A stretch of DNA of 64,000 nt, taken from assembly GCA_015063795.1 (NCBI GenBank), contig SVTL01000007.1, forward strand, positions 12,600 to 76,599, written 5' to 3'. Under the pieces are notes generated by a model, which searched no databases, was not told the origin of the DNA, and saw only the letters and a program-made list of their open reading frames with translations. The first letter of the stretch is position 1. The number at the start of each line of letters is the position of its first letter. Made by a program: the position numbers and the translations under genes. The DNA comes from Oscillospiraceae bacterium. GTDB lineage: Bacteria; Bacillota; Clostridia; Oscillospirales; CAG-272. Positions 39,159-49,128 of the stretch are shown one piece after another.

Positions 39159-40253
39159 TCATTTGTCCGTCGCCGGAGAAAAAGGCACTTCGATCCCGAG
39201 GTGGGCGGCAAAGGCCTCGGCCAGCAGCAGAGCGCTTGCCTTTACCTCCTCCAGCGTATTGCCGCAGGCGCCCATCTCCACCAGGAGGAAGCCGCTTGAA
39301 AGCTGTTGGTTGAAGCTGGCGGTCCGCAGATTGACGGCGCGGCAGATGGTCGGATCGCGTTCGTATAAATAGGATGTGAGCCGGAGCGCAAGCGCATAAT
39401 TGTCCCGCCAGTTGGGATGGAGCGCACCGCCCCGGTCGCTTCCCACCACAAACATGATCTGCGCCCGCCCGCTGTCCGAGAGAGGACGTGCCTTGGTGCC
39501 GTCGGAAAAGAGGATGGAATCCCGATGCAGGTCGAGAACATAGCGGATGGAGGGGTATTGCTCCAGCGTGTCGGCAACCGCCTTTCCGGACAGCGTATAG
39601 GAATCGTTGTAGGACTCCTCGTCAAAGGGGGTGCGGCAATGGAGCAGGGGAACGCCCAAGGCTGTGAGACGATCGCAAAAGGCGTCTCCCACGGCCACCA
39701 TGTTTTGCGTCGGATCGGAGGAACGGGTGGCGGTGTCGGCGGTGTAGTACGTTCCGTTGTCCGAAAAGGATTCGGTGCCGTGGGTATGTATGACCAGCAG
39801 AACGGGATCGCCGCCAGCAGTCAGCGCATGGGGAGCGGCTGAAACGGGAAGCGTGTCCGCAGACGGCGGATCGTAGTCGGTCTGGTTGATGACATTGCCC
39901 GGCGGCGAGGAGAGATCCACCGAACGGATCAGCTGTGCGCCGTCGGGAACAGAGAAGAGCGCTTCCTTTTCCTGCTGCTTGCGGAAGAGCTCGTCGTAAA
40001 AGGCATCGGCGATGGGCAGCTCGGGCTCGGCGGGGATGCAGGCGAGATCGAGGGGCTCGGCCTGTGCTTCAATCGGCCGTTCGGGCAGGGGAGTGACCGC
40101 CGCTGATACAATCAGCGAGGCGATGCGCTCGCGGTCGGGGAGAAGGGAAGGCAGCTCCTGCACGGCAAAGAAGACCAGCGCGGCCAGCCCTCCGCAGACG
40201 GCTAAGCGCCAAAGCGTTTTCAGGATACAGACGCCTTGTTCGGTCAGCTTCAT
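39159..40253 (-). CDS. spoIIP: Stage II sporulation protein P
   Basis: IHTHGTESF, YNDSY, LDLHRD, FNQQLS...LLVEMG..GNT; downstream of gpr. Confidence 0.9.
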   Translation of the reverse strand: MKLTEQGVCILKTLWRLAVCGGLAALVFFAVQELPSLLPDRERIASLIVSAAVTPLPERPIEAQAEPLDLACIPAEPELPIADAFYDELFRKQQEKEALFSVPDGAQLIRSVDLSSPPGNVINQTDYDPPSADTLPVSAAPHALTAGGDPVLLVIHTHGTESFSDNGTYYTADTATRSSDPTQNMVAVGDAFCDRLTALGVPLLHCRTPFDEESYNDSYTLSGKAVADTLEQYPSIRYVLDLHRDSILFSDGTKARPLSDSGRAQIMFVVGSDRGGALHPNWRDNYALALRLTSYLYERDPTICRAVNLRTASFNQQLSSGFLLVEMGACGNTLEEVKASALLLAEAFAAHLGIEVPFSPATDK

Positions 40254-40325
40254 TGATTTTCCCCCTTCTTCCTTCTCTTTTTCGGTGACACGGACACTCT
40301 TGCTTTGATCAGTGTCATTGACATC

Positions 40326-40355
40326 ATTATATGATAGGAAGCGAGTCGAATATGC
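40326..40355 (-). promoter_or_regulatory. Putative sigma-E promoter of spoIIP
   Basis: GCATATT-15 nt-CATATAAT on the minus strand. Confidence 0.55.
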
Positions 40356-41243
40356 TCACTCTGTGAAGGCGGCGTTGATGGCGGAGGCGATCAGCTCGGA
40401 CAGATCGTTCACGATCACGTCATTCTCCTTGGGCGTGACAAAAAAGCTCCTTCCGTTGTCGAGAATGGCCGACAGCGCTTCGCTGACCGACTCGATGCCC
40501 GCCTTCTCCAGCGCCTCGAAGATCATGGTGGAGGAATCGATGATGGTGGGAGCGCCCACCGCCAGCACGGGAATGCCAAGCGCCTCCTTGGTCAGCGGAC
40601 AGCGGCGGTTTCCGATGCCCGAGCCGGGAGCGATGCCCGTGTCCGACAGCTGCACGGTCTGCGCCAGACGCTCCACGCTTCGCGAGGCCAGCGCATCCAC
40701 CGCCACGATCAGAGAGGGCCTGACGGCTTCTGCCGTCTGTTTGACCAGCTCGCCTGTTTCAATGCCGGTCTGCCCCAGTACGCCGGGGGCGATGGCCGCA
40801 ACGCTCCACGGAGAGCTTCCGCCCAGCAGACGGCGGTCGAGCTCATTCAGATGGCGGGTGACGGTGATGCTGTCCGATACCTTCGGTCCGACCGCATCGG
40901 AGGTGATGGCGCGGTTGCCAAGCCCGACGATCAGCACGCTTTTGCCTTGGCCTTTGGTCATGGCGGCGGAAAAACGGCGGATCTCGCCCGCGATCACCTT
41001 TTTCAAGGCGGCGCACTCGTCGTCGCTGCACAGACGGATGGGCGGGAAGGCGACGGTCACATAGCTCCCCCGCGGCTTGCCGAGAGACCGTTCGCCGATC
41101 TCGTTTTCGATGCGGAGCCGCTCGGTACGGATCCGCCCCCGCTCGGCGACCGTGTATACGACTCCTTCTGCCGCACCGTCCCCCTCGGGCATGCATTCCG
41201 CGGCGATGTCGCTTCGTACGTACTTTCCTTTCTGCATGGTCAC
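40356..41243 (-). CDS. gpr: Spore germination protease GPR
   Basis: RSDIAAE, VGLGNRAITSDAVGP, PGVLGQTGIET, VDALA, GIAPGSGIGN, VTPKE. Confidence 0.93.
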   Translation of the reverse strand: MTMQKGKYVRSDIAAECMPEGDGAAEGVVYTVAERGRIRTERLRIENEIGERSLGKPRGSYVTVAFPPIRLCSDDECAALKKVIAGEIRRFSAAMTKGQGKSVLIVGLGNRAITSDAVGPKVSDSITVTRHLNELDRRLLGGSSPWSVAAIAPGVLGQTGIETGELVKQTAEAVRPSLIVAVDALASRSVERLAQTVQLSDTGIAPGSGIGNRRCPLTKEALGIPVLAVGAPTIIDSSTMIFEALEKAGIESVSEALSAILDNGRSFFVTPKENDVIVNDLSELIASAINAAFTE

Positions 41244-41529
41244 CCTCGCTTTTTGAAATGGTTATCGAGACATATGCGGTATTTTCTCACGAACGGGTGC
41301 CTTTTATGTACGATCGTCAAGGGAGAACAGGCGGAAGAGCTTGGAAAAGCGTACCGAAACAGGAAAAAGACCGAAAAACGTTGTGCAAAATATCTAAAAG
41401 AAAGTCGAAAAAATTGTGCATACATCTAAAACTTGAAAGTTAAAATTTTTTTCATTGATTCTCGGCGCGAATGATGTTATAATACCATTTAGCGATTAGT
41501 TTCTGTAAATACTTAGGAGGTTCTACCCA

Positions 41530-43284
41530 ATGAACTTTAAAAGAAGGCTTATGGCTCTGGTGCTTTGCGCCCTGATGGTCGTTCCCGCCCTGCTCACGTC
41601 CTGCGGAAGCAAGATCGATGAGGACAACAAAGGTGCTGTGATCAACATGTACCTGTCCGACGGTCTGGTGAGCTTCGACCCTGCATATTCGCTTAACGAC
41701 GATGCTGCTCTGAAGATCATGGGCATGGTCTATGAAGGCCTGTTCAAGATCGACAGCAAGGGCAAGGTTCAGAACGCGGTTGCCAAGAGCGTTGAGATCA
41801 TCGAAAAGCCCGATGACGGCATTTATATGATGGAGATCGAGCTGAAGAACTCCATGTGGAGCGACGGCCGTGTGCTGCAGGCTTCTGACTACCTGTATGC
41901 ATGGCAGCGCATCCTCGATCCCGAAATGAACAACCCCGCCGCTGCTGCGCTGTATGACATCAAGAACGCGCGTCAGGTCAAGAGCGGCGACTGCTCCATC
42001 GACGACATCGGTGCCAGAGCGGTCGGCACCACCACGCTGCAGATCGAATTCGAGAAGAAGATCGATTACAACCGTTTCAAGGAAACGCTGGCCAGCCCCT
42101 ATTTTGCTCCGCTCCGTAAGGACGTTGTCAACAAGGCTGAGGACTGGGCCTCCACCGTTGCCATCATGACCTTCAACGGCCCTTTCACCGTCAGAACCTT
42201 CATTCCCGGTGAGACCATCGTTCTGGAGAGAAACTCCTACTATCTGAGAAACCGTGACAAGGATGCGCTGGATAAGTATGTCACGCCTTATCAGATCGTC
42301 ATCGACCTGACCAAGAAGAAGGCCGAGCAGCTCAATATGTATAATGAGGGAACGCTGTTCCTCAACGGCGATCTCCCGGTTTCTGCAAGAGCCGATTGGG
42401 CAAGCGTTGTCAAGACCAGCCAGTCCCTCGCTTCGCACACCTTCTATTTCAACACCAATAAGGAGCCCTTCAATAAGCCCGAGGTCCGCAAGGCTCTGTC
42501 TCTTGCTCTGGACCGCACGGCCGTGGCCAACCTGATCACCTTTGCCACCCCCGCTACCGGTGTGATCACCGAGGGCGTGTTTGACACCAAGGTCGGTACC
42601 TCCTTCCGTGCCAACGGCGGCGATCTCATCGCTTCCACCGCCAACATGGAAGAGGCCAAGAGCCTGCTCAAGAGCGCCGGCGTCAGCGGCGGCAGCTTCA
42701 CCATCACCGTCCGCGACAATGACGTTGACCGCGCCATCGCCGATTACGCCAAGGACGTCTGGGGTGAGCTTGGCTTCAAGGTGACCGTCGTTCTCAAAAA
42801 GTCGACCAAGTATAAGACCGAGACCGAGTACGACGTTTATAAGGATGAGTACAACAAGGTTCTCGCTTCCGGCGAGTTCGATGTGATCGGTCTGGATATG
42901 ATCATGATCGCCACCGATCCTTATGCCACTCTCGCTCCCTTCGCTGTCAACTTCTCCGGCGGTGCTCTGGATTTTGAGAATATGAAGTTTGATGCGGCTC
43001 CCCACATCACCGGCTACCGCAACGAGGCTTACGATGCTCTCATCGAGCAGGTTTATGCTTCCGTCGATGCGGCTGAGAGAGCCACGCTGCTCCACCAGGC
43101 TGAGGAGATGCTGATCAACGATATGCCGATCTGCCCTGTCGTCTTCCTGCAGAATGCGTATGTTGCCAGCGGCGAGCTGTCCAAGGTCAAGACCGATTAC
43201 TATGGTCTGATGGATCTGGAAAAGACGCAGCTGAAGAACTGGGAAGCTTATATTGTGGAAGAGACCACGCCTGTTGAAGAATAA
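41530..43284 (+). CDS. Peptide ABC transporter substrate-binding lipoprotein (OppA-like, SBP family 5)
   Basis: Lipobox LTSC; YEGLF, WSDG, NGPF, VRKALSLALDR. Confidence 0.88.
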   Translation: MNFKRRLMALVLCALMVVPALLTSCGSKIDEDNKGAVINMYLSDGLVSFDPAYSLNDDAALKIMGMVYEGLFKIDSKGKVQNAVAKSVEIIEKPDDGIYMMEIELKNSMWSDGRVLQASDYLYAWQRILDPEMNNPAAAALYDIKNARQVKSGDCSIDDIGARAVGTTTLQIEFEKKIDYNRFKETLASPYFAPLRKDVVNKAEDWASTVAIMTFNGPFTVRTFIPGETIVLERNSYYLRNRDKDALDKYVTPYQIVIDLTKKKAEQLNMYNEGTLFLNGDLPVSARADWASVVKTSQSLASHTFYFNTNKEPFNKPEVRKALSLALDRTAVANLITFATPATGVITEGVFDTKVGTSFRANGGDLIASTANMEEAKSLLKSAGVSGGSFTITVRDNDVDRAIADYAKDVWGELGFKVTVVLKKSTKYKTETEYDVYKDEYNKVLASGEFDVIGLDMIMIATDPYATLAPFAVNFSGGALDFENMKFDAAPHITGYRNEAYDALIEQVYASVDAAERATLLHQAEEMLINDMPICPVVFLQNAYVASGELSKVKTDYYGLMDLEKTQLKNWEAYIVEETTPVEE

Positions 43285-43435
43285 CAGTTAAGACCAAATG
43301 GGGGTGCTGCACTTACCGTGTGGCGCCCCCTGTTCCATCCATTCGGCGTCTGATGCGACGCCGTTTTGCCGTTTTTTCAGACAAGTCTGCCGATGGCCGT
43401 TTTGGCGAAAATCCATCGGGACACATTGCGAAAGG

Positions 43436-43990
43436 ATGATTGCCGTGCTCAGAGAAAAGGACGATATCCGCATTTTTATTCTGTTTTTGCTTCGTAACAT
43501 CGGATACCCGCTCAGCTATTATGACCTCCATGACGTGGTCACACAGGATGGGTATGTCAATTCCTTTGACTGCACCGAATGCATCGATGACCTGGTGAAA
43601 AACGGCAATCTTCTGCTGACACAGGAAAATGGGAAGGATATGTATGCCATCACCGAGCAGGGATGCCTGGTGGCCGATGAGTTGAACAGCCGCCTGCTTC
43701 ACACCATCCGCGAAAAGAGCCTGCGGAGTGCCTTTCGCTTTATGGATTTCAAGAAGAAGGGCTCGCGTGTGATCTGCCGCGTCAAGCCCAATATGGACAC
43801 AACGTATGAGATCACCTGCGGCGTGGCTGAGAGAGATCGGGATCTGATGATGATCACCGTCCATGTGGACAACGATTCCACCAAGGAGCGCATCCTGCAC
43901 AATTTCGACGAGCGTCCCGAAGCGGTCTACCGCGGCATGATGGCCCTTCTGACCGGCGAAATGAATTATCTTTTCGAGGATAGCGACTAA
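43436..43990 (+). CDS. DUF4364-like winged-helix protein
   Basis: IFILFLL...YAITEQG...PEAVYRGMM pattern; start uncertain. Confidence 0.65.
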   Translation: MIAVLREKDDIRIFILFLLRNIGYPLSYYDLHDVVTQDGYVNSFDCTECIDDLVKNGNLLLTQENGKDMYAITEQGCLVADELNSRLLHTIREKSLRSAFRFMDFKKKGSRVICRVKPNMDTTYEITCGVAERDRDLMMITVHVDNDSTKERILHNFDERPEAVYRGMMALLTGEMNYLFEDSD

Positions 43991-44084
43991 CAGGATTTCT
44001 GTGAAGAATGAACAAGATTTTGCATGGCTTCTTGTGAAAAATGAAAGAAACGGCAAATCTTTTTAAAAAATTGTAAAAAAAGTA

Positions 44085-44112
44085 TTGACAACGAAAAAAA
44101 GTGTGATATAAT
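44085..44112 (+). promoter_or_regulatory. Sigma-A promoter
   Basis: TTGACA-16 nt-TATAAT with extended TG. Confidence 0.7.
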
Positions 44113-44142
44113 GTGAATGAGTTTGGAGAGGAATTTTTTCTG

Positions 44143-44715
44143 GTGAAAGATCAAAATCCGGCCAATCAATCGGCGGGATCGGTTGAAAAGAACCGTATTC
44201 TTGCCGCGCGAAACGGCGATCATGAAGCGTTTAATGCTTTGTGGGAGCAGTATCGCCCGATGGTTTTTAAAACGGTATTTCTCTACTGCCGTTCCGATGC
44301 GGCCCGCACCGAGGCGGACGATCTGCGTCAGGAGGCGTCCATCGCCCTGTATGATGCGGTCAAAAGCTTTGATGTGAGTCAGGATCGGATCACCTTCGGT
44401 CTGTATGCCAAGCGCTGTGTCACCAATCGCATCATCTCTGCGCTGCGGAAGCTGAAAAAGCACCGCTCCGATGGGGAGGAGCCGATTCTGTCCGATGAAT
44501 CGCCCGATCCGCTGGAAGAGATCATCGATCGGGAGAGCTATGAAGCGCTGGTCAAAAAGATCGAAGGGGCTTTGAGCGGTTATGAAAAGGCGGTCTATGA
44601 CCTTCATGTGGAGGGGAAGAGCTGCCGCGAGATCGCATCGGCCCTGAAGCGGTCGGAGAAATCGGTGGGGAATGCCATGTGCCGCATTCGGTCCAAGCTG
44701 GAATCCATCCTCTGA
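44143..44715 (+). CDS. SigH-like RNA polymerase sigma factor
   Basis: DDLRQEASIALYDAVKSFD, LSGYEKAVY...GKSCREIA...KSVGNAMCRIRSKL; GTG start after GGAGAGG. Confidence 0.8.
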   Translation: MKDQNPANQSAGSVEKNRILAARNGDHEAFNALWEQYRPMVFKTVFLYCRSDAARTEADDLRQEASIALYDAVKSFDVSQDRITFGLYAKRCVTNRIISALRKLKKHRSDGEEPILSDESPDPLEEIIDRESYEALVKKIEGALSGYEKAVYDLHVEGKSCREIASALKRSEKSVGNAMCRIRSKLESIL

Positions 44716-44829
44716 AAACGTCAATCTGTGTCCGAGTAGCTTAACATAGAGCGTTGTTGAATTCAAAGGTGGCGGTGGCAGTCCGTCCTGGGGCAAAAAT
44801 TTTTCATATTTTCAAAGCGAGGTAAAACC

Positions 44830-45108
44830 ATGTACGAAGACAAGACCCTTAAATGCAAAGATTGCGGACAGGAGTTCGTATTCTCCGCAGGCGAGCAGGA
44901 ATTCTATGCTGAAAGAGGCTTCCAGAACGAGCCCCAGAGATGCAAGGCCTGCCGCGATGCCAGAAAGTCTGCAAGCAAGGCTAACAGAGAGATGTTCTCC
45001 ACGGTCTGTGCCAAGTGCGGCAAAGAGGCTAAGGTTCCTTTCCAGCCCAGCAACGACAGACCTGTTTATTGCAGCGAGTGCTTCGCCGCAATGAAGGAAG
45101 AGCAGTAA
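44830..45108 (+). CDS. Zinc-ribbon protein (zf-trcl plus CxxC-x17-CxxC domains)
   Basis: CKDCGQEFVFSAGEQEFY...RCKAC and CAKCG-x-VPFQP...VYCSEC. Confidence 0.9.
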   Translation: MYEDKTLKCKDCGQEFVFSAGEQEFYAERGFQNEPQRCKACRDARKSASKANREMFSTVCAKCGKEAKVPFQPSNDRPVYCSECFAAMKEEQ

Positions 45109-45141
45109 TCGAATCGAAGGTTTGATCTTCTGTTGATGAAT

Positions 45142-45168
45142 AAACCGCCTGTTTCAACGGGCGGTTTT
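45142..45168 (+). terminator. Intrinsic terminator
   Basis: AAACCGCCTGTT-tc-AACGGGCGGTTTT. Confidence 0.75.
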
Positions 45169-45319
45169 CATTTTTCTGTTTTTTGCTTCCAACAGGCGGC
45201 AAAGTGCTTTTTGTGTTGAGAAAACGTCTTTTCTTTCGGAAAAGGCTTGAAAAAAAGAGTAAGATATGGTACAATAAAACAATACTGTTTAAAGAAGTTC
45301 AGAAAGGGAGGCGAAAGCG

Positions 45320-46519
45320 GTGGCGGCAAGAGTGCGAAGACGGAAAAACAAACTGGTTCTCTGGATCGTTTCGGTCACGCTGCTGCTCTTTCTTGTCCCG
45401 GCGCTTACCGTTTTGACGATCTTTCTGCGCTATCGGGCATCGGAAAAGGCCATCGGCGAGCAACCCCCTTTGATCATGGAAAACGCCTGGTACTACAACG
45501 GTCTGACGCGCAAGGAGCAGCTTTTGTATGAAGCGATTCTGGCAGGCATTGAGACGATGAGTACGCAGACCGAGCTTCTGCCATACCGCTATTCGGAAAA
45601 GGAATTCACCCGCGTGAGCGAGGCGATCGACCGCGATTGCCCGAAGCTGTTTTATCTGGATGTTCCCGCCTTTGTGTGCTGTACAGACGGCTTCAAGAGC
45701 TATGCGGAGCTGGCATATCGGTTCACGTCCGAGGAGCTTGCGCAGAGGACGATGGAGCTGGAGGCGATCGCCGCTGCCGCCAGTGCTTATGCCACTGCCT
45801 GTGAGAGCGAATTTGACAAGGAAGTGGCTCTCCATGATTTTTTGGTGGGCATAGCGGTGTATGAGGGCGGTACGGCGGATACGGCCGCATCGGCCTACGA
45901 CGCTCTGGTGAAGAAGCAGGCAGGCAGTCTGGGCTATGCCAAGGCGCTGAAGCTTCTCTTTGACCGCAACGGCATCGAATCGATCATCGTTGAGGGACGC
46001 GCCGCCGGCGAGCGCCACCATTGGAACATCGTTTCCATCGATGGACAGCATACGCATCTGGATGCTTCCTGGAACGACGGCGATATCGAGCGTGTGAATG
46101 TGCCCTTCCACGGCTATTTCAATCTGACTGACAGTGAGATGTCGCTCGATCACACCCTGTCCGGCGGATGGAAGTGGCCGGCCTGCACAGAAAACATCAA
46201 TTACTATACGCTGAAGGGTCTGCGGACGGCCAGCATCTCTCAGCTGGAGACCATTGCCTACGACCGCATCCGCGACACGATGGCAAAGGGCGAGAGCTTT
46301 TTGGAGGTCTATCCCGAGTTTTCCACCGAGAGCGATGCCATCCGCCTGCTGATGCTGGATGCGGTGGACCGCCTGCGTGCGGAGGGCGTGGATCTTCTGC
46401 GTGCCATCCGTGTGTACGAATGCTCGCAGACCAACGCGGCGATGACCATTCAGATCTTTTACAACAGCGACAAGCCCGCTCTGCCTTCGGCCGGGGACAG
46501 TGAAAACAGCGGATCGTAA
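45320..46519 (+). CDS. Membrane-anchored transglutaminase-like protein, Cys-to-Ser variant
   Basis: N-terminal TM; LHDFLV, AYDALV..QAGSLGYAKA, HHWNIV, HLDASWND. Confidence 0.75.
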   Translation: MAARVRRRKNKLVLWIVSVTLLLFLVPALTVLTIFLRYRASEKAIGEQPPLIMENAWYYNGLTRKEQLLYEAILAGIETMSTQTELLPYRYSEKEFTRVSEAIDRDCPKLFYLDVPAFVCCTDGFKSYAELAYRFTSEELAQRTMELEAIAAAASAYATACESEFDKEVALHDFLVGIAVYEGGTADTAASAYDALVKKQAGSLGYAKALKLLFDRNGIESIIVEGRAAGERHHWNIVSIDGQHTHLDASWNDGDIERVNVPFHGYFNLTDSEMSLDHTLSGGWKWPACTENINYYTLKGLRTASISQLETIAYDRIRDTMAKGESFLEVYPEFSTESDAIRLLMLDAVDRLRAEGVDLLRAIRVYECSQTNAAMTIQIFYNSDKPALPSAGDSENSGS

Positions 46520-46580
46520 AAAAAACGGCTGAACAAAAAACGATATTACATTTCTTTGATATAGAAAGGGGAAAAACAGC

Positions 46581-47711
46581 ATGGTAAGCATTGCGGTTTT
46601 GGGTTACGGCACCGTCGGAAAAGGCACGGTGGACCTGATCGATGAAAACAGAGCCCTCATCGCCGAAAAGATCGGTGAGGACATTCAGGTGAAATACATT
46701 GTGGATCTTCGGGATTTTGCCGGGGACCGCAACGAAAAGAAGCTGACAAAAAATTACGACGATGTGCTCAACGACAAGGAGGTCAGCATCGTTTGTGAGA
46801 TGATCGGCGGTTCGCACCCCGCCTTTGAATTTACGATGAAGGCCTTTGCCGCCGGCAAGAGCGTTGTCACCTCCAACAAAGAGGTGGTGGCCAATTTCGG
46901 CACCGAGCTGCTGGCCGAGGCGAAGAAAAACGGCGTTTCCTACCTGTTTGAGGCATCGGTGGGCGGCGGCATTCCGATCATCCGTCCGCTGAACAACTGT
47001 CTGGCCGCCAACAAGATCCGGAAAATCGATGCGATCGTCAACGGCACGACCAACTTTATTCTTTCGCAGATGTTTGAGCAGGGCGTGAGCTTTGCCGATG
47101 CTTTGGCGACCGCTCAGCAGAAGGGCTATGCCGAGGCCAATCCCTCTGCGGATGTGGACGGCGTCGATGCGGCGAGAAAGATCGCGATTCTGGCCGCTAT
47201 CAGCTGGGGTGAGCTGTTGTCTCCCGACCATGTGTACACCTGCGGCATCCGCGACATCACGGGCGCAGACGTAGCGGCGGCCGAAAAGATGGGCTGCACC
47301 ATCAAGCTCATCGCCCATGCCTCCCGCGGCGAGGATAACAAGCTTCAGATCTTTGTTTCGCCCTGCATGGTGAAAAACGACAACATCCTGTCCACGGTCC
47401 GTGATGTGTTCAACGGTGTCGCGGTCAGCGGTGATTTTGTTGGCGACACCTTCTTCTACGGCAGAGGTGCCGGCAGCGATCCGACGGCCAGTGCCGTCTG
47501 CGGCGACGTGATCGACGCGGCCCGCAACGGACGTGCCAAGGACCGTAGCAGCTGGACGCCCATGGATCCTGCCGCCGTGCGCGCTTATGAGGACATTGAG
47601 TCGGTGTTCTGCGTCATCGATGAGAAGGGCGAGCCCTCCTTCACCGAAAAGACCACCCTTCGCGCTCTGTCCGCCAAGTGCGGCAAGGCCCGTATTTTCC
47701 GCTTAATCTGA
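46581..47711 (+). CDS. hom: Homoserine dehydrogenase
   Basis: LGYGTVG, VVTSNK, FEASVGGGIP, NGTTNFIL, GYAEANP, GRGAG. Confidence 0.95.
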   Translation: MVSIAVLGYGTVGKGTVDLIDENRALIAEKIGEDIQVKYIVDLRDFAGDRNEKKLTKNYDDVLNDKEVSIVCEMIGGSHPAFEFTMKAFAAGKSVVTSNKEVVANFGTELLAEAKKNGVSYLFEASVGGGIPIIRPLNNCLAANKIRKIDAIVNGTTNFILSQMFEQGVSFADALATAQQKGYAEANPSADVDGVDAARKIAILAAISWGELLSPDHVYTCGIRDITGADVAAAEKMGCTIKLIAHASRGEDNKLQIFVSPCMVKNDNILSTVRDVFNGVAVSGDFVGDTFFYGRGAGSDPTASAVCGDVIDAARNGRAKDRSSWTPMDPAAVRAYEDIESVFCVIDEKGEPSFTEKTTLRALSAKCGKARIFRLI

Positions 47712-49043
47712 CGAGAAATAGAGGTCGGTCTCTTGAGAGGCCTCCCTGCTCAGCGCCAGCACGCATAGGGTGTTGAGCAGCGTCATGGAGGATACCACCA
47801 GATCGCTTGCCTCCCAGATGAGGATCGGCGAAAGCACGCTTCCGAGAAAAACAATGCCGCCGAAGAAGAGCTTGTAAGGCAGGTCGTACCGCTTGCCCGA
47901 TGAGAGAAACCGAAGGCATTCGCTTCCGTAAAAGCCTTGGCAGATCAGTGTGGCGTAGGCGAAGATCAGCACGCACACCGCCAGAAAGACGCCGGCCATC
48001 GGACCGAGATGAGCGGCATAGGCGGCGATGGACAGCTCCATGCCGTCAAGCGCTTCTCCGATCACAAGGCGGTCGTAGGAGAGCAGGATGACCAAGGCCG
48101 TCATGCTGCAGACCACGACCGTGTCGATAAACACCTCCGCGATCCCCCAAAAGCCCTGTTCAACGGGGCTTTTTGTTTTGGCCGAAGCGTGGGCGGTGGG
48201 CGAGGTGCCGCTTCCCGCCTCGTTGGAGAGGATGCCGCGCCCCACGCCGTACCGCATGGCGGTCATAAACAGGGCAAAGGAAAAGCCGCCGCCTGCCGCC
48301 CGCGGTGTGAGAGCCTCCCGGACAATACGGGCAAGGACCGAGGGCAGGGCGTGAAGATTGGTGACAAGCACATACAAAGAAACCGCCGTGAACAACAAGC
48401 TGAGCGCGGGAATGAGGCGGACGGTGACAGCGCTGATCTTTTTCACCCCGCCGCAGATGACGAGAAGCGTCAGCAGCGAGAGGATAAGCCCTGTCAGAAA
48501 GGGAGGGACGGCGAAGACATCCCAAAAGGCATCGGCCGCCGCCTTCACCTGCACCATGTTGCCCACCGTCAGCCCGTTCAGAAGAAAGAGGATCGCAAAG
48601 AAGGAGGCGGTTTTCGGCATGTTCAATCCGTCGCGGATGTAGAAAAAGGCGCCGCCGTGACAGGTGCCGTCGGGATCCTTTTGACGGTACTTGACGCCGA
48701 GAAAGACCTCGGTGTATTTGATGAGCATGGACAAAAGTGCCGACACCCAGATCCAGAAGACCGCGCCCGGACCGCCGGCAAAAATGGCGGTGGCAACGCC
48801 GACGATGTTCCCCACGCCGAGGGTACTGGCCAAAGCCAGCGAGAGAGCCGAGAAGGGAGAGAGTCCCTCCTCCCCGCTTTTGTTCATCATCCCGCGGAGC
48901 AGTTTGATCGGACGGCGGAGATGGAAAAAGCGGTAGCGAAAGGCGAGAAACAGCCCCGCGCCGAAGAGAAAAAGAGGCAGAGCGGGACCGAAGAGGAAGC
49001 GGTTGAGAAGCGACAGGCAACTCACAAGAGAAAAAGACGGCAT
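47703..49043 (-). CDS. Alanine/glycine:cation symporter (AGCS family)
   Basis: LGVGNIVGVATAIFAGGPGAVFW, SNEAGSG, EVFIDT. Confidence 0.9.
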   Translation of the reverse strand: MPSFSLVSCLSLLNRFLFGPALPLFLFGAGLFLAFRYRFFHLRRPIKLLRGMMNKSGEEGLSPFSALSLALASTLGVGNIVGVATAIFAGGPGAVFWIWVSALLSMLIKYTEVFLGVKYRQKDPDGTCHGGAFFYIRDGLNMPKTASFFAILFLLNGLTVGNMVQVKAAADAFWDVFAVPPFLTGLILSLLTLLVICGGVKKISAVTVRLIPALSLLFTAVSLYVLVTNLHALPSVLARIVREALTPRAAGGGFSFALFMTAMRYGVGRGILSNEAGSGTSPTAHASAKTKSPVEQGFWGIAEVFIDTVVVCSMTALVILLSYDRLVIGEALDGMELSIAAYAAHLGPMAGVFLAVCVLIFAYATLICQGFYGSECLRFLSSGKRYDLPYKLFFGGIVFLGSVLSPILIWEASDLVVSSMTLLNTLCVLALSREASQETDLYFSSD

Positions 49044-49128
49044 AAGAAAACACCCCGAAACATGGACTTCGCTTCCATTCTATTCGGGGTGTTGTGTTTT
49101 TATTTATCCGAACGGTTTCAGACCGATC

